NCBI GenBank assembly: GCA_963809895.1
Contig: CAWELD010000004.1
Span: 64,001-128,000 of the forward strand
Direction: 5' to 3'
DNA length: 64,000 nucleotides
From: an uncultured Gemmatimonadales bacterium
GTDB lineage: Bacteria; Gemmatimonadota; Gemmatimonadetes; Longimicrobiales; Gaopeijiaceae
Shown: in pieces, positions 29,973-44,075 of the stretch
Numbering within the stretch: position 1 is the first letter of the stretch
Layout of the letters: every line of letters starts with the position of its first letter
Translations under genes and position numbers: made by a program
The notes under the pieces: model-generated
What the model was told of the DNA's origin: nothing
Databases searched by the model: none
Seen by the model: the letters and a program-made list of their open reading frames with translations, nothing else

Positions 29973-30254
29973 ATGAAGCTCAACGATGCGTCCATCCAGG
30001 ATTGGCTCGGCGGGCGCCCCGGCTGGAGCCGGGACGGTGACGCTCTGGTGAAGACCTTCGCCTTCGACTCCTTCCGGAATGCCATCGTATTCGTGAATCG
30101 GCTGGCGACGTTGGCCGATCAGCACGAGCACCATCCGGACATCGACATCCGCTACAACAAGGTCCGCGTCTCGCTCAGCACGCACGATGCGGGGGGGATC
30201 ACCGACAAGGACACGTCCATGGCGGAGCAGATCGAGTTCGCCACGGGACGATAG
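29973..30254 (+). CDS. phhB: Pterin-4a-carbinolamine dehydratase
   Basis: HEHHPDI...LSTHDAGGITDKD. Confidence 0.92.
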   Translation: MKLNDASIQDWLGGRPGWSRDGDALVKTFAFDSFRNAIVFVNRLATLADQHEHHPDIDIRYNKVRVSLSTHDAGGITDKDTSMAEQIEFATGR

Positions 30255-30280
30255 CCCCACCACGTGCTCCACGGACGGCG

Positions 30281-31684
30281 ATGCGCACCCCGCCCGGCGG
30301 CTCGCTCGCCCCTCCCTCCCTGGATCGCCGCGCCTTCCTGAAGCGCATGGCCGGCGGCCTGGTCGTCACTCGACCCGCCATCTGGAGCACCTTCTCGGGG
30401 CTTCGACCGCCCCGGCCCCTGCCCAGTTTGCCTCAGCTCCAGTGGCAGCGCGACGAGCGGGCCATCTTCGTCCACTTCGGCATCAACACCTTCACGGGTC
30501 GGGAGTGGGGTGACGGCACCGAGGATCCCGCCCTCTTCGACCCGTCCGCGCTGGATGCCCGCCAGTGGGCCCGCAGCGCGCGCGAGGCCGGATTCCGGGC
30601 CATGGTGCTCACGGCCAAGCACCACGACGGCTTCTGCCTGTGGCCCACCTCCACCACCGAGCACTCGGTGGCCAGCAGCCCGTGGCGCGGAGGTGAGGGA
30701 GACGTGGTGCGGGAGTTCGTAGACGCATGCCGGGCCGAAGGGCTGAAGCCCGGCCTCTACTGCTCGCCCTGGGACCGCAACGCAACGGTCTACGGGACCC
30801 CTGGCTACAACGACTTCTACGCGCAGCAGCTCACCGAGCTTCTCACGAACTACGGGCCCATCCACGAGGTGTGGTTCGACGGCGCCAACGGCGAGGGGCC
30901 GTCGGGTCGGCGGCAGGAGTACGATTGGCCCCGGATCTGGGGATTGGTGCGCGGGCTTCAACCCGACGCGGTCATCTTCTCCGACGCCGGGCCCGACGTG
31001 CGCTGGATCGGCAACGAAGCCGGCGTGGCCGGCGACCCCAACTGGTCCACGGTGGACCCCGAGGTGGTGCCCGTGCCGGGCGTGAGCGGAGAGGCCGTGA
31101 TCGACCAGCTCCAGCACGGGGATCCCCGGGGCAGCGTCTGGCGCCCGGGCGAGGCCGACGTCTCGATCCGACCCGGTTGGTTCTACCACCCGGAAGAGGA
31201 CGATCGCGCGCGGTCGGTGGACGATCTCGTCGAGCTCTACTTCACCTCGGTGGGCCGGAACTCCAAGCTCCTCCTGAACGTGCCACCGACGCCCGCGGGA
31301 CTCTTCCATGCCGACGACGTCCAGCGACTCCGGGGCATGAACGCTCGGCTCAGCGAGATCTTCGCCGCCGACGTCACCGAGGGCGCGGCCCTCACGCGAC
31401 GCCCCACCGGCACCCGTCGCGCCGCTCGGGAAGCCACGCTCCCCGCACCGACCAGCGTCGCCATCGTCGATCTCCGGGAAGACATCACTCGCGGCCAGTC
31501 CATCGCGAGCTGGACCCTCGAAGGCGCCCTGGAGGACCGCTGGCGGCCGCTGGCGGAAGGGACCACCATCGGCTACCGGCGCCTCATCCGGTTCTCACCG
31601 ACGGCGGTCCGGCGGGTGAGGCTCACCCTCTACGACCAGTGGGGACCGCCGCCCACCGTGGCCATCGGGTTGTACACCGCCTGA
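30281..31684 (+). CDS. Alpha-L-fucosidase (GH29), Tat-exported
   Basis: DRRAFLK Tat motif; FVHFGINTF, LTAKHHDGFCLWP, EVWFDGA, DVSIRPGWFY, LLLNVPP. Confidence 0.93.
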   Translation: MRTPPGGSLAPPSLDRRAFLKRMAGGLVVTRPAIWSTFSGLRPPRPLPSLPQLQWQRDERAIFVHFGINTFTGREWGDGTEDPALFDPSALDARQWARSAREAGFRAMVLTAKHHDGFCLWPTSTTEHSVASSPWRGGEGDVVREFVDACRAEGLKPGLYCSPWDRNATVYGTPGYNDFYAQQLTELLTNYGPIHEVWFDGANGEGPSGRRQEYDWPRIWGLVRGLQPDAVIFSDAGPDVRWIGNEAGVAGDPNWSTVDPEVVPVPGVSGEAVIDQLQHGDPRGSVWRPGEADVSIRPGWFYHPEEDDRARSVDDLVELYFTSVGRNSKLLLNVPPTPAGLFHADDVQRLRGMNARLSEIFAADVTEGAALTRRPTGTRRAAREATLPAPTSVAIVDLREDITRGQSIASWTLEGALEDRWRPLAEGTTIGYRRLIRFSPTAVRRVRLTLYDQWGPPPTVAIGLYTA

Positions 31685-31816
31685 CGGGGCCCGGCCGACC
31701 CGCAGGACCCTCCCGACGCTCCCTCGGGGGCTCCTCCCCACGGCGCCCCGGCCGCCCATCCACGATCCTTTTCCTGGGTCCCTCCTCCGCATCCACACTT
31801 CAACCGGAGAAGGAAC

Positions 31817-32278
31817 GTGAGCGTGCCGCAGACCGTCGAAGGCCTGAACCGCCTTCTCGCCGACGCCACAGTCTTCTATCAGAAGCTCCGCCACTATCAC
31901 TGGAACGTGAAGGGTCAGGACTTCTTCGCGCTCCACGCCAAATTCGAAGCGCTCTACGATCAGTGGGCCGCGTTCATCGACGAGGTGGCCGAGCGCATTC
32001 TCGCCATGGGGGGCGTGCCGATCCACACGCTCTCCGAAGTGCTGGACACCGCCGCGCTCGCCGAAGACGACGACATCCCGTCCGCCCAGGACATGGTGCG
32101 CCGAATCGCCCGCGACCTGGGCACGCTGGATCGCACCAGCGGCGTGCTGGTGGCAGCGGCCGAAGAGCTGGGCGACCGGAGCACGGTCAACCTCCTCGAC
32201 GGCATCCGCGACGTCCTGGAAAAGGACCGCTGGATGCTCGAAGCCTGGCTCGAGCAGCGGGAACCCGCCCTGGTCTGA
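31817..32278 (+). CDS. dps: DNA starvation/stationary-phase protection protein
   Basis: HYHWNVKG..FFALHAKFE...DEVAERI...KDRWML. Confidence 0.95.
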   Translation: MSVPQTVEGLNRLLADATVFYQKLRHYHWNVKGQDFFALHAKFEALYDQWAAFIDEVAERILAMGGVPIHTLSEVLDTAALAEDDDIPSAQDMVRRIARDLGTLDRTSGVLVAAAEELGDRSTVNLLDGIRDVLEKDRWMLEAWLEQREPALV

Positions 32279-32336
32279 ACGCGCCGTCCCGGGCGCTCGT
32301 CAGCGGCGAGCAGTCCCGCAGGCGTTCTCAGCTGAA

Positions 32337-32372
32337 ACGTCGGAGGTCCGGTGTCCGCCGGGCCTCCGACGT
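32337..32372. terminator. Hairpin downstream of dps
   Basis: ACGTCGGAGGTCCGG...CCGGGCCTCCGACGT stem. Confidence 0.55.
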
Positions 32373-32462
32373 CGTAGCGGGTGCGCACGGAGCCCTGGCT
32401 GATTAACGTCCGGTGCTGAGCTACCGATCCCCCCACCCTCCACTCGTCTCCCGGTCCCTCCC

Positions 32463-33068
32463 ATGGCCACCCGCGATCCTCGAATCGACGACTACATCGA
32501 AGCAGCCGGCGACTTCGCCCGCCCCATCCTCCGTCACCTCCGTGAGGTCGTCCACACGGCCTGCCCCGACGTCGAAGAGACCATGCGCTGGAGCATGCCC
32601 AACTTCGACTACCAGGGGATCCTCTGCAGCATGGCGGCATTCAAGGAGCACTGCACCTTCGGCTTCTGGAAGCCGGAGTTGGTGCTGGGCGAGAACAGCG
32701 GAGGCGACAGCGGCATGGGTCAGTTCGGGAAGATCCGGTCGCTCGAGGATCTCCCCTCCGACCAGGTCCTCGTCGGACACCTCGAGAAGGCGATGCAGCT
32801 CAACGAGAAGGGTGTGAAGCCCAAGCGGCTTCAGCGCTCGCGCCCCCGCGAGAAGAAGCCCCCGGTAGAGGTCCCCGACGACCTCCAGGCCGCGCTCGCA
32901 TCCAGCCCGAAGGCCCGGGCCGCCTTCGAGGACTTCAGCCCCAGCCACCGCCGGGAATACGTGGAGTGGATCACCGAAGCCAAGCGCGACGCCACCCGCC
33001 AGCGCCGGATCGCGCAGGCCGTGGATTGGATGGCCGAGGGCAAGCCCCGCAACTGGAAGTACATGTGA
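32463..33068 (+). CDS. YdeI/OmpD-associated family protein (DUF1801 + OmdA-like)
   Basis: DPRIDDYI, EETMRWSMP, FSPSHRREYVEWITEAKRDATR. Confidence 0.88.
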   Translation: MATRDPRIDDYIEAAGDFARPILRHLREVVHTACPDVEETMRWSMPNFDYQGILCSMAAFKEHCTFGFWKPELVLGENSGGDSGMGQFGKIRSLEDLPSDQVLVGHLEKAMQLNEKGVKPKRLQRSRPREKKPPVEVPDDLQAALASSPKARAAFEDFSPSHRREYVEWITEAKRDATRQRRIAQAVDWMAEGKPRNWKYM

Positions 33069-33967
33069 GCAGCCTGGTCTTCGTGACGGGGGACTTCAGC
33101 TCGGGCAGCACCCTTCTCTTCACGCTGTTCCGCAAGACGGGCTCCTTTCATTGCCTGTACGAGCCCTTCCACGAGCGGCTCCTCGAATATCTGATCTGGC
33201 CGCTGCGGGCCTACGATCGACACTTCCACGTGGACGACTACTTCACGGAATATCGCGGCTTCCGGCAGGTCCCCCGTCTGTTCGACCCCGTGTGGGGATT
33301 GAGCCAGCTCCACCGGGATGCCACCGACCGTGATCCACAGCTCTACCGGTACCTGAGTTACGTCATCGGACAGTCGTTCGGGCGCCGCTCGCGCGTGATG
33401 CTCAAGTTCAATCGTGCCACCTTCCGGCTGGGGTGGCTGAAGGCACGTTTCCCCACGGCCCGCATCGTCCACGTGTACCGGGACAAGGACGATCAGTGGA
33501 ACAGCATCGTCCGCAGATCGCAGGAGTTCTACGGGCGCGAGGACGTGGGGCAGAACCGGGTCGATTTCAACGGCTTCAGCCTGCAACGCTGGTGCGACGA
33601 CCTCCAGCACACCTATCCCGAACTGGCGGCCTCGGCGTGTAGCTCCGGCTACGAGCGGTTCTCGCGCCTGTGGGACCTGAGCTATCGCGAGCACACCCGC
33701 CACGCGGACGTGTCCGTGGCCCTGGCCGACCTGACTGCCGATTTCAGGACCACCGGTGGGGAGATCTTCGAGACGGTGGGTTGCCCCGTGGACCTCCATC
33801 ACCTGGACTCCTTCGTGGTCCGCTCGGCCGCACCCGGCGCAATGGCGCCGGGCCGGCTGGTGAAGGCGATGCGAAGTATCCGCCGGCGGGTCGACAACCT
33901 GGGCCACCGCTACGCTCGCGTGCGCGTCCGCCTGCGTCGAGAATGGTGGGAGCGCCGTCGCAGTTGA
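33065..33967 (+). CDS. Sulfotransferase-family protein
   Basis: GTG overlaps the upstream stop; TGDFSSGSTLL (5'-PAPS-binding loop-like), YEPFH, IVHVYRD. Confidence 0.7.
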   Translation: MSSLVFVTGDFSSGSTLLFTLFRKTGSFHCLYEPFHERLLEYLIWPLRAYDRHFHVDDYFTEYRGFRQVPRLFDPVWGLSQLHRDATDRDPQLYRYLSYVIGQSFGRRSRVMLKFNRATFRLGWLKARFPTARIVHVYRDKDDQWNSIVRRSQEFYGREDVGQNRVDFNGFSLQRWCDDLQHTYPELAASACSSGYERFSRLWDLSYREHTRHADVSVALADLTADFRTTGGEIFETVGCPVDLHHLDSFVVRSAAPGAMAPGRLVKAMRSIRRRVDNLGHRYARVRVRLRREWWERRRS

Positions 33968-33980
33968 ATCGCGCGTTCCC

Positions 33981-35531
33981 CTACCAGAACACCGCGTACA
34001 GCACCGCCGTGGTCGCCACCACCGCCAGCGCCCATCCCCTGGCACCCCGTGCGGGCTCCAGCGAGAACTCGCCGGCCGGCGACTCCTGTTGCCGCAGAAC
34101 CGCCGCCGCCGCCTCGCTCTCCGGAAGCGGGCGCAGGCGGGTCCACACCACCATGAAGGTCACCAGCACGATGAAGGTGATGGCCATGTGGTGCAGGAAG
34201 GCCACGCCGGGAGCCAGCAGCAGCAGGAGACCGTAGACGGGCACCCCCAGGACCATGGCGCCGATGGCCGCCCCGGCCGGTGCGCGCCTGGAGAGGAGTC
34301 CCACGACGAAGACCGCGACGATCCCCGGCGACACGAATCCCCAGAACATCTGGATGTACTCGAAAACGCTGGGAGCGCTGGCCACCACCGGCGCCCACAG
34401 GCATCCCACCACCACCAGGACCGCGGTGGCGATGCGACCCATGCGCATGAGCTTGCGCCCGCTGGCGTCGGGCCGAAGGTGGCGGCCGTAGATGTCCACC
34501 ACGAAGATGGTGGCCGCCGAGTTCAGCATGGAGTCCAGCGAGCTCATGACCGCGCCGAAGAGCGCGGCGAACATGATGCCGGTGAGCCCAGCCGGCAGCA
34601 GGTCGCGGATCAGCAGCGGGTAGGCCTGATCGGGATTCGCGATGGAGCCACCGTAGATCTCAGCCGCGGCGATCCCCGGAAAGACGATGATGAAGGGGAT
34701 GAGCAACTTCAGGAACGCCGCCAGGAAGATCCCCTTCTGGCCCTCGGCCAGGCTCCGGGCGCCCAACGTACGCTGCGTGATGAACTGGTTGAGTCCCCAG
34801 TAGAAGAGGTTGGGGATCCACAGGCCCCCGATGAACACCGCCACCCAGGGCATCTCGGGGTGGTTCCAGGGGAGCACGGTGTGCAGGCGGTCGCTGCCCG
34901 CCTCCAGGAAGCTCCCGAGTCCGCCCACGGCATGGATGGCCAGCACGGTGACCAGCGCGCCGCCGGCCAGGAGCGCCACGCCCTGGATGAGATCCGACCA
35001 CACCACCGCCTTCAGACCGCCGTAGACGGTGTAGCCGCCCGCCAGGATGCCGATCATCCAGATGCCCCAGAACGTGGGCACGCCGAAGATGGCCTCCAGG
35101 GCGAGGGCGCCGGAATAGAGCACGGTGGCCAGCGCCACCAACACGTACGCCAGCATCATGTAGGCGGCCATGAGCGTGCGCGCCCGCACGTCGTAGCGCC
35201 GCTCCAGGTACTCGGGGATCGTGTAGATCCCGGCCCGCAGGAAACGCGGCAGGAAGACCACCGCCACCACCACCAGCGTGACGGCGGCCATCCACTCGTA
35301 GCTGGCGATGGCCAGGCCCAGCTCGAACCCCCGGCCCGCCATCCCCACGAAGTGCTCCGTGGAGATGTTGGAGGCGATGAGCGAGAAGCCGATCAGCCAC
35401 CATGGAAGCGAGCGGCCGGCGAGAAAGTAGTCCTCCGAGTCCTCCTCGCCTCGCGACGCCCACAGCGACACCCCCACGACCAGGGCGAGGAAGGCGGCGA
35501 AGGCGAGCAGGTCCAGGGCGTTGAGCGTCAT
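33981..35531 (-). CDS. Sodium:solute (sugar) symporter, SSS family
   Basis: YFLAGRSLPWW, ASNISTEHFVG, GGLKAVVWSD, NQFITQR, AVMSSLDS. Confidence 0.93.
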   Translation of the reverse strand: MTLNALDLLAFAAFLALVVGVSLWASRGEEDSEDYFLAGRSLPWWLIGFSLIASNISTEHFVGMAGRGFELGLAIASYEWMAAVTLVVVAVVFLPRFLRAGIYTIPEYLERRYDVRARTLMAAYMMLAYVLVALATVLYSGALALEAIFGVPTFWGIWMIGILAGGYTVYGGLKAVVWSDLIQGVALLAGGALVTVLAIHAVGGLGSFLEAGSDRLHTVLPWNHPEMPWVAVFIGGLWIPNLFYWGLNQFITQRTLGARSLAEGQKGIFLAAFLKLLIPFIIVFPGIAAAEIYGGSIANPDQAYPLLIRDLLPAGLTGIMFAALFGAVMSSLDSMLNSAATIFVVDIYGRHLRPDASGRKLMRMGRIATAVLVVVGCLWAPVVASAPSVFEYIQMFWGFVSPGIVAVFVVGLLSRRAPAGAAIGAMVLGVPVYGLLLLLAPGVAFLHHMAITFIVLVTFMVVWTRLRPLPESEAAAAVLRQQESPAGEFSLEPARGARGWALAVVATTAVLYAVFW

Positions 35532-35581
35532 GGCGCGTCTCGTGGTGTGGATAGGTGCCGGGAGGTAGTTTGCGACTCTGA

Positions 35582-39463
<3,882 letters not shown>

Positions 39464-39527
39464 GCCGGGCCGGCCGGTTGCGGCCGATGTGGGCTGCCTT
39501 CTGGACAATCCCACGCGCTGATCAACA

Positions 39528-39584
39528 TTCCTATTGCGTTTCGACAGGAACCGACGAATAATTCCTGTAGAAATCCGAAAGCAA
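39528..39584. promoter_or_regulatory. Two candidate PadR operator sites
   Basis: TTCCTATTGCGTTTCGACAGGAA (39528-39550) and TTCCTGTAGAAATCCGAAAGCAA (39562-39584); half-site TTCCTGT. Confidence 0.6.
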
Positions 39585-39653
39585 CGGGATGGCGCATCGA
39601 TCACAGCCGCCCGGAGTTGATCTGCTCGCGCCGCCCACCTGGAGACGTCTGCC

Positions 39654-39989
39654 ATGCCTGATCCCGTCGGAAGTGACGTTCTGCGCGGCACGCTGGACCT
39701 GCTGATCCTGAAGACGCTGTCGCTGGAGCCCATGCACGGATGGGGCCTCAGCCAGCGCATCCAGGAGATGTCGCGGGGACTGCTGGACGTGAATCAGGGC
39801 TCTCTCTACCCGGCCCTCCAGCGTCTGGAGCACCGGGGCTGGATCGCCAGCCGCTGGGACACCACGGAGAACAACCGCCGCGCCAAGTACTACAGCCTCA
39901 CCGACGACGGCACCCGGGGTCTCGCCTCCGAGACCGAGGGCTGGCGCCAGTACGTGGGGGCGGTGGAATGGATCCTGGAGACGACATGA
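39654..39989 (+). CDS. PadR-family transcriptional regulator (ADOP-associated type)
   Basis: LRGTLDLLILKTL...MHGWG...NQGSLYPALQRLE...TENNRRAKYY. Confidence 0.94.
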   Translation: MPDPVGSDVLRGTLDLLILKTLSLEPMHGWGLSQRIQEMSRGLLDVNQGSLYPALQRLEHRGWIASRWDTTENNRRAKYYSLTDDGTRGLASETEGWRQYVGAVEWILETT

Positions 39990-42658
39990 CCGGGGGCGAA
40001 CGGGGCGGTGGCCCCCGGCGTCGCCGCAGGGGCGGCCGTCGTCGTCTGCGAGGACTGTTGGCTCGCGTGCGAGACATGGTCTTTCGCCGCGCAGCCGAGC
40101 GCGACATGGACGAGGAGCTCCGCTTCCACCTGGAGATGGAGACCGAGAAGAACCTGCGCGCCGGCATGGAGCCGGCCGAGGCGCGTCGCCGGGCCCTGGT
40201 GGCCTTCGGCGGCGCCGAACGCCATCGGGAACGCCTGCGCGAAGGCCGGCGCGTTCCGATCTTCGAGCCCCTCTGGAACGACGTGCGCTTCGGCCTTCGC
40301 TCACTGGCTCGCACCCCGGGGCTGGCGCTGGTGGCGGCGCTGACCATCGCCCTCGGCGTGGGCGCGACCACCGCCGTCTTCAGCGTCGTCAACGCCCTCC
40401 TGCTCCGGCCACCGCCGGTCCCGGCCGCCGAGCGGGTCATGACGATCCAGGAGGAGCGGTACGGGGCCGTGTCCACGGGCATCGAAGGCATGAAGATCCC
40501 GTATTCGCGCTACCTCGCGTACCGCGACGCCACCACCGAGGTCTTCCAGGGCCTGGCTGCCTATCGGCTGGACAACTTCGCGCTCCGGCTTGCCGACGCG
40601 ACCGTGCCCGTCGACGGCGCGCTCACGTCGGGCGATTACTTCCAGGTGCTGGGCGTCCGGCCGCTGCTCGGACGCGCCTACACCTCCGACGAAGCGGCCG
40701 AAGTGGTGCTGTCGCACGACCTGTGGACATCGCGTTTCGGCGGCGACCGGGAGGTGCTCGGCCGCACCGTCTCGGTCGACGGACAGCGCGTGACCGTGGT
40801 CGGCGTGGCTCCCCCGGGTTTCCGGGGCGTGTCACCGGTGTCGGATGCCCTGTGGGTGCCGTCCGGCGTGCGCGGTCTCGACCAGAACGCCTGGACCATG
40901 CGCGTCGTGCCCGTGGGACGGCTCCGCGACGGCGTGACCCGGGAGCGGGCCGGCCTGGTGGTGGAAGGCGCCGGAGCGCGCATCCCCCTGGAGGAGTCGG
41001 CGCAGCTTCGTGGCTCCCGGCTCGAGCCGGTGGGCTCGCCTCCCAGCGGGGTGAAGGGCCCGGTCTTCGGGTTCATGGGCATGCTGCTCGGCATGGCCCT
41101 CCTGGTCCTGCTCATCGCCAGCGCCAACATCGCCGGCGTCATGCTCGCTCGTGGATTCGCCCGCCGCCGCGAGATCGCGGTGCGCCAGGCCATCGGCGCG
41201 GGACGCACCCGCCTCGTGCGCCACCTGCTCGCCGAGAGCCTCATGGTGTTCGCCGTGGGCGGAGCGGCCGGCGTCGCCCTCGCGTGGCTGGGCACGTCGT
41301 GGATCGCTCGCATTCCCCTTCCCCCACAGGTGCCGCTCATCCTGGAACTGACGCCCGACGGCCGCGTCATGGGGTTCGCCGTCCTGCTGACGGGCCTCAC
41401 CGGCATCGTCTTCGGACTCGTCCCAGCCCTGAAGGCGTCGCGTCCCGACCTGGTGCCCGCCCTGAAGAGCGGGGGCCACGGCGCCGCGGGAGGCTCCACT
41501 CGCGCCCGCGACCTGTTCGTAGCTGGCCAGGTCGCCTTCGCGGTGCTCCTCCTCCTCACGGCGGGCCTCTTCGTGCGCTCCTTCCAGCGGGGCGCCAGCG
41601 CCGATCTCGGCTTCGACCCCGACGGCGTGGTGGTGGCCACCGTCAATCTGGGACCACCGCAGGACTACAGCGTGGAGCAGGCCCGCACCTTCTATGCGAC
41701 CCTGGTGGAGCGGGTGCGCCGGCTCCCGGGTGTCGAGGACGCCGCCCTGTCGCAGTTCGTCCTGCTCGCCGGCGACCGCTGGGGCTCGCAGGCCAACCGG
41801 CCCGATGCCCCCGAGGCCGGCTCGGTGAGCGCCGCCTGGGATGCGGTGGATCCCGACTTCTTCCGGACCATGGGCGTCGACCTCGTGGCGGGCCGCGGCT
41901 TCACCGAGCGGGACGCCGAGGGGAGCCCCCCGGTGGCGGTCATCAACCAGACGCTGGCAGACCGTCTGTGGCCGGGCCAGAGCCCCATCGGCCATCTCGT
42001 GCAGGGCTTCACCACCGAGCCCCTGGAGGTGGTGGGTGTCGCCAGGAACGGACGCTACATCTTCATCACCGAGACGCCCGGCGCCTTCCTGTTCGTACCC
42101 GTCGCCCAGGCCTTCCGGTATTCCATGGCGCTGCACGTGCGGGCGCCCGGCGCCGAAGCGGCGACGCTGCGGGCGGTGCGCGATGAGGTCCGGCGCCTGG
42201 ATCCCGACCTGGCCCTCCGCAACGCCGCTCCCATGAGCGAGGTCATCGGTCTGAGCCTGGTTCCCCAGCGCGTCGCGGCGCAGCTCGTCGGAACCTTCGG
42301 GATCGTGGGATTGGTGCTCGCCGCCCTCGGGATCTACGGAGTGCTGGCCTTCCAGGTGGCGCGGCGCACCAAGGAGTTCGGCATCCGGCGCGCCCTGGGG
42401 GCCGGGCGGGCCGGCGTGATCCGCCAGGTGGTGCGCAAGGGGGGATGGCTGGCGGGCGTGGGTTGTGTCCTGGGGATGGCCGCCGGCGGCGGCATCGCCA
42501 TGCTGCTCCGGAGCTTCCTGTTCGGAATCCAGCCCCTGGATCCCCCGACCTTCGTCGCCGTGCCGGTGATCCTGCTCGGCGTCGCGCTCCTCGCCGCCGT
42601 GATCCCCGCGGCTCGCGCCAGCAGCGTGCAGGCCTCGGTGGCGCTCAAGGAGGAATGA
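39986..42658 (+). CDS. ADOP-like duplicated MacB/FtsX permease
   Basis: ATGA overlap with padR; DMDEELRFHLEME prefix; LLIASANIAG; REIAVRQAIGA; KEFGIRRALGA. Confidence 0.93.
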   Translation: MTGGERGGGPRRRRRGGRRRLRGLLARVRDMVFRRAAERDMDEELRFHLEMETEKNLRAGMEPAEARRRALVAFGGAERHRERLREGRRVPIFEPLWNDVRFGLRSLARTPGLALVAALTIALGVGATTAVFSVVNALLLRPPPVPAAERVMTIQEERYGAVSTGIEGMKIPYSRYLAYRDATTEVFQGLAAYRLDNFALRLADATVPVDGALTSGDYFQVLGVRPLLGRAYTSDEAAEVVLSHDLWTSRFGGDREVLGRTVSVDGQRVTVVGVAPPGFRGVSPVSDALWVPSGVRGLDQNAWTMRVVPVGRLRDGVTRERAGLVVEGAGARIPLEESAQLRGSRLEPVGSPPSGVKGPVFGFMGMLLGMALLVLLIASANIAGVMLARGFARRREIAVRQAIGAGRTRLVRHLLAESLMVFAVGGAAGVALAWLGTSWIARIPLPPQVPLILELTPDGRVMGFAVLLTGLTGIVFGLVPALKASRPDLVPALKSGGHGAAGGSTRARDLFVAGQVAFAVLLLLTAGLFVRSFQRGASADLGFDPDGVVVATVNLGPPQDYSVEQARTFYATLVERVRRLPGVEDAALSQFVLLAGDRWGSQANRPDAPEAGSVSAAWDAVDPDFFRTMGVDLVAGRGFTERDAEGSPPVAVINQTLADRLWPGQSPIGHLVQGFTTEPLEVVGVARNGRYIFITETPGAFLFVPVAQAFRYSMALHVRAPGAEAATLRAVRDEVRRLDPDLALRNAAPMSEVIGLSLVPQRVAAQLVGTFGIVGLVLAALGIYGVLAFQVARRTKEFGIRRALGAGRAGVIRQVVRKGGWLAGVGCVLGMAAGGGIAMLLRSFLFGIQPLDPPTFVAVPVILLGVALLAAVIPAARASSVQASVALKEE

Positions 42659-42671
42659 GGCAGGCGCCGCT

Positions 42672-43325
42672 TCAGCCGTCGGCAGCCAGCCGCAGCACGT
42701 CGCTGAGAGCATCGACCAGCCAGTCGGGCCGCTCCCGCTCCAGGCGGGCCCTGGCGAACGGTCCCCAGGTGGCGGCCGCCGTGCGGACCCCGGCAGCGCG
42801 GCCCGCCGCGACGTCGTAGGGGGAATCCCCCACGAACAGCACCCGCGAGGGCGTCGCCTGCAGGCTCAGCCGGTCCAGAGCCACCTGCACCGGCTCGGGG
42901 TCGGGCTTGCCCCGGGTCACGTCCTCGGGCGTCACCAGGACCGGGAACGCGCCGTCCAGTCCGCACCTCGCCAGCGTGCGCAGCGCCATCTCGCGCCGCT
43001 TGCTGGTCACCACGCCCACGGCGGCTCCCCGCCCGGTCAGCTCGGCCACGAGCTCCGTGGCCCCCGGAAAGGCCTGAACCATGTCGTCGTGGATGGTGCG
43101 CTGATAGGTCACGTAGGTGTCCACCATGGCCTCGGCCTCGGCCGTGTCGGTGGTGAACTCCCGCATGCTCTCCCGGAGTGGCCGTCCCAGGGTGTCCAGC
43201 CACAGCTCGTCCGGCAGCTCCTCGCCGCGATGCGAGCGCATGGTGTGGCGGTAGCACGCCAGGATGAGCGGCACCGTATCGGCCAGGGTGCCATCGAGAT
43301 CGAAGAGGACCGCGGACCAGCTCAT
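42672..43325 (-). CDS. HAD-IA phosphatase (PpaX/Gph-like)
   Basis: FDLDGTL, VTSK, KPDPEP, VGDSPYD. Confidence 0.9.
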   Translation of the reverse strand: MSWSAVLFDLDGTLADTVPLILACYRHTMRSHRGEELPDELWLDTLGRPLRESMREFTTDTAEAEAMVDTYVTYQRTIHDDMVQAFPGATELVAELTGRGAAVGVVTSKRREMALRTLARCGLDGAFPVLVTPEDVTRGKPDPEPVQVALDRLSLQATPSRVLFVGDSPYDVAAGRAAGVRTAAATWGPFARARLERERPDWLVDALSDVLRLAADG

Positions 43326-43346
43326 GCGACGACCTTCGTCATGGAA

Positions 43347-44075
43347 TCAGCGCTCCAGGAAGGAGAGAATCACCTTGAAGGTCTCCTCGTCGTCCAGGAG
43401 ACCGGCGTGGGTGGGGCAGCACACCTCGATGTCGGGTAGCGGCGGCAGCGTCGCGCTCTCGGGCGGCAGGATGTGCAGGTCCACCGGCGTGCGCACGGTG
43501 ATGCCCTCGACCCCGGGCGGGACCGCCCGCCCCTTCTGCAGAGAGAGCAGGAACAGACTGCCCGGATCCATCTCCTCGCCCCCCTTTCCCCAGGCGAGCC
43601 ACGCGGCGTACGTGCCGCGATGCGGTGTGGCCAGGAAGACCACTCTGCGCACGTTCTCCGCGCCACCGTTCTGCAGGTAGTAGCGCAGGGCCAGCCCCCC
43701 CATGGAGTGCGCCACGACGTCCACCTCGGGCGCCCCCGTGCGCTCACGCAGCCGCTCCACCGCCATCGCCAGGGCCCGGGCGTGCACCCGGTTGCTGCCT
43801 TCCGGGTCTTCGAAGGAGAGGGACACCACCTGGGAATCGGGCCAGCCGGCCTCCAGGAAGCGGTCCCTCAGGGGCCGCAACTGCTCGGAATCGTCACTCC
43901 ACCCGGGTACCAGCACCACCGGCACCCGGGACCCGAGCCTCGCCGCCAGGTCCGAGGCGACGTCGACCTGGGCCGACGCCCTCCGCGGCAGGGCCACGGC
44001 CATGAGCGAGAGGCCCCCCATCACCAGGGCCACGCGCACCGCGAAGCGGGCCCCACGGGGCCGTCGCTCACCCAT
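43347..44075 (-). CDS. Secreted lipase/esterase (alpha/beta hydrolase)
   Basis: Signal peptide; VAHSMGG nucleophile elbow; ATPHRGT; THAGLL. Confidence 0.88.
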   Translation of the reverse strand: MGERRPRGARFAVRVALVMGGLSLMAVALPRRASAQVDVASDLAARLGSRVPVVLVPGWSDDSEQLRPLRDRFLEAGWPDSQVVSLSFEDPEGSNRVHARALAMAVERLRERTGAPEVDVVAHSMGGLALRYYLQNGGAENVRRVVFLATPHRGTYAAWLAWGKGGEEMDPGSLFLLSLQKGRAVPPGVEGITVRTPVDLHILPPESATLPPLPDIEVCCPTHAGLLDDEETFKVILSFLER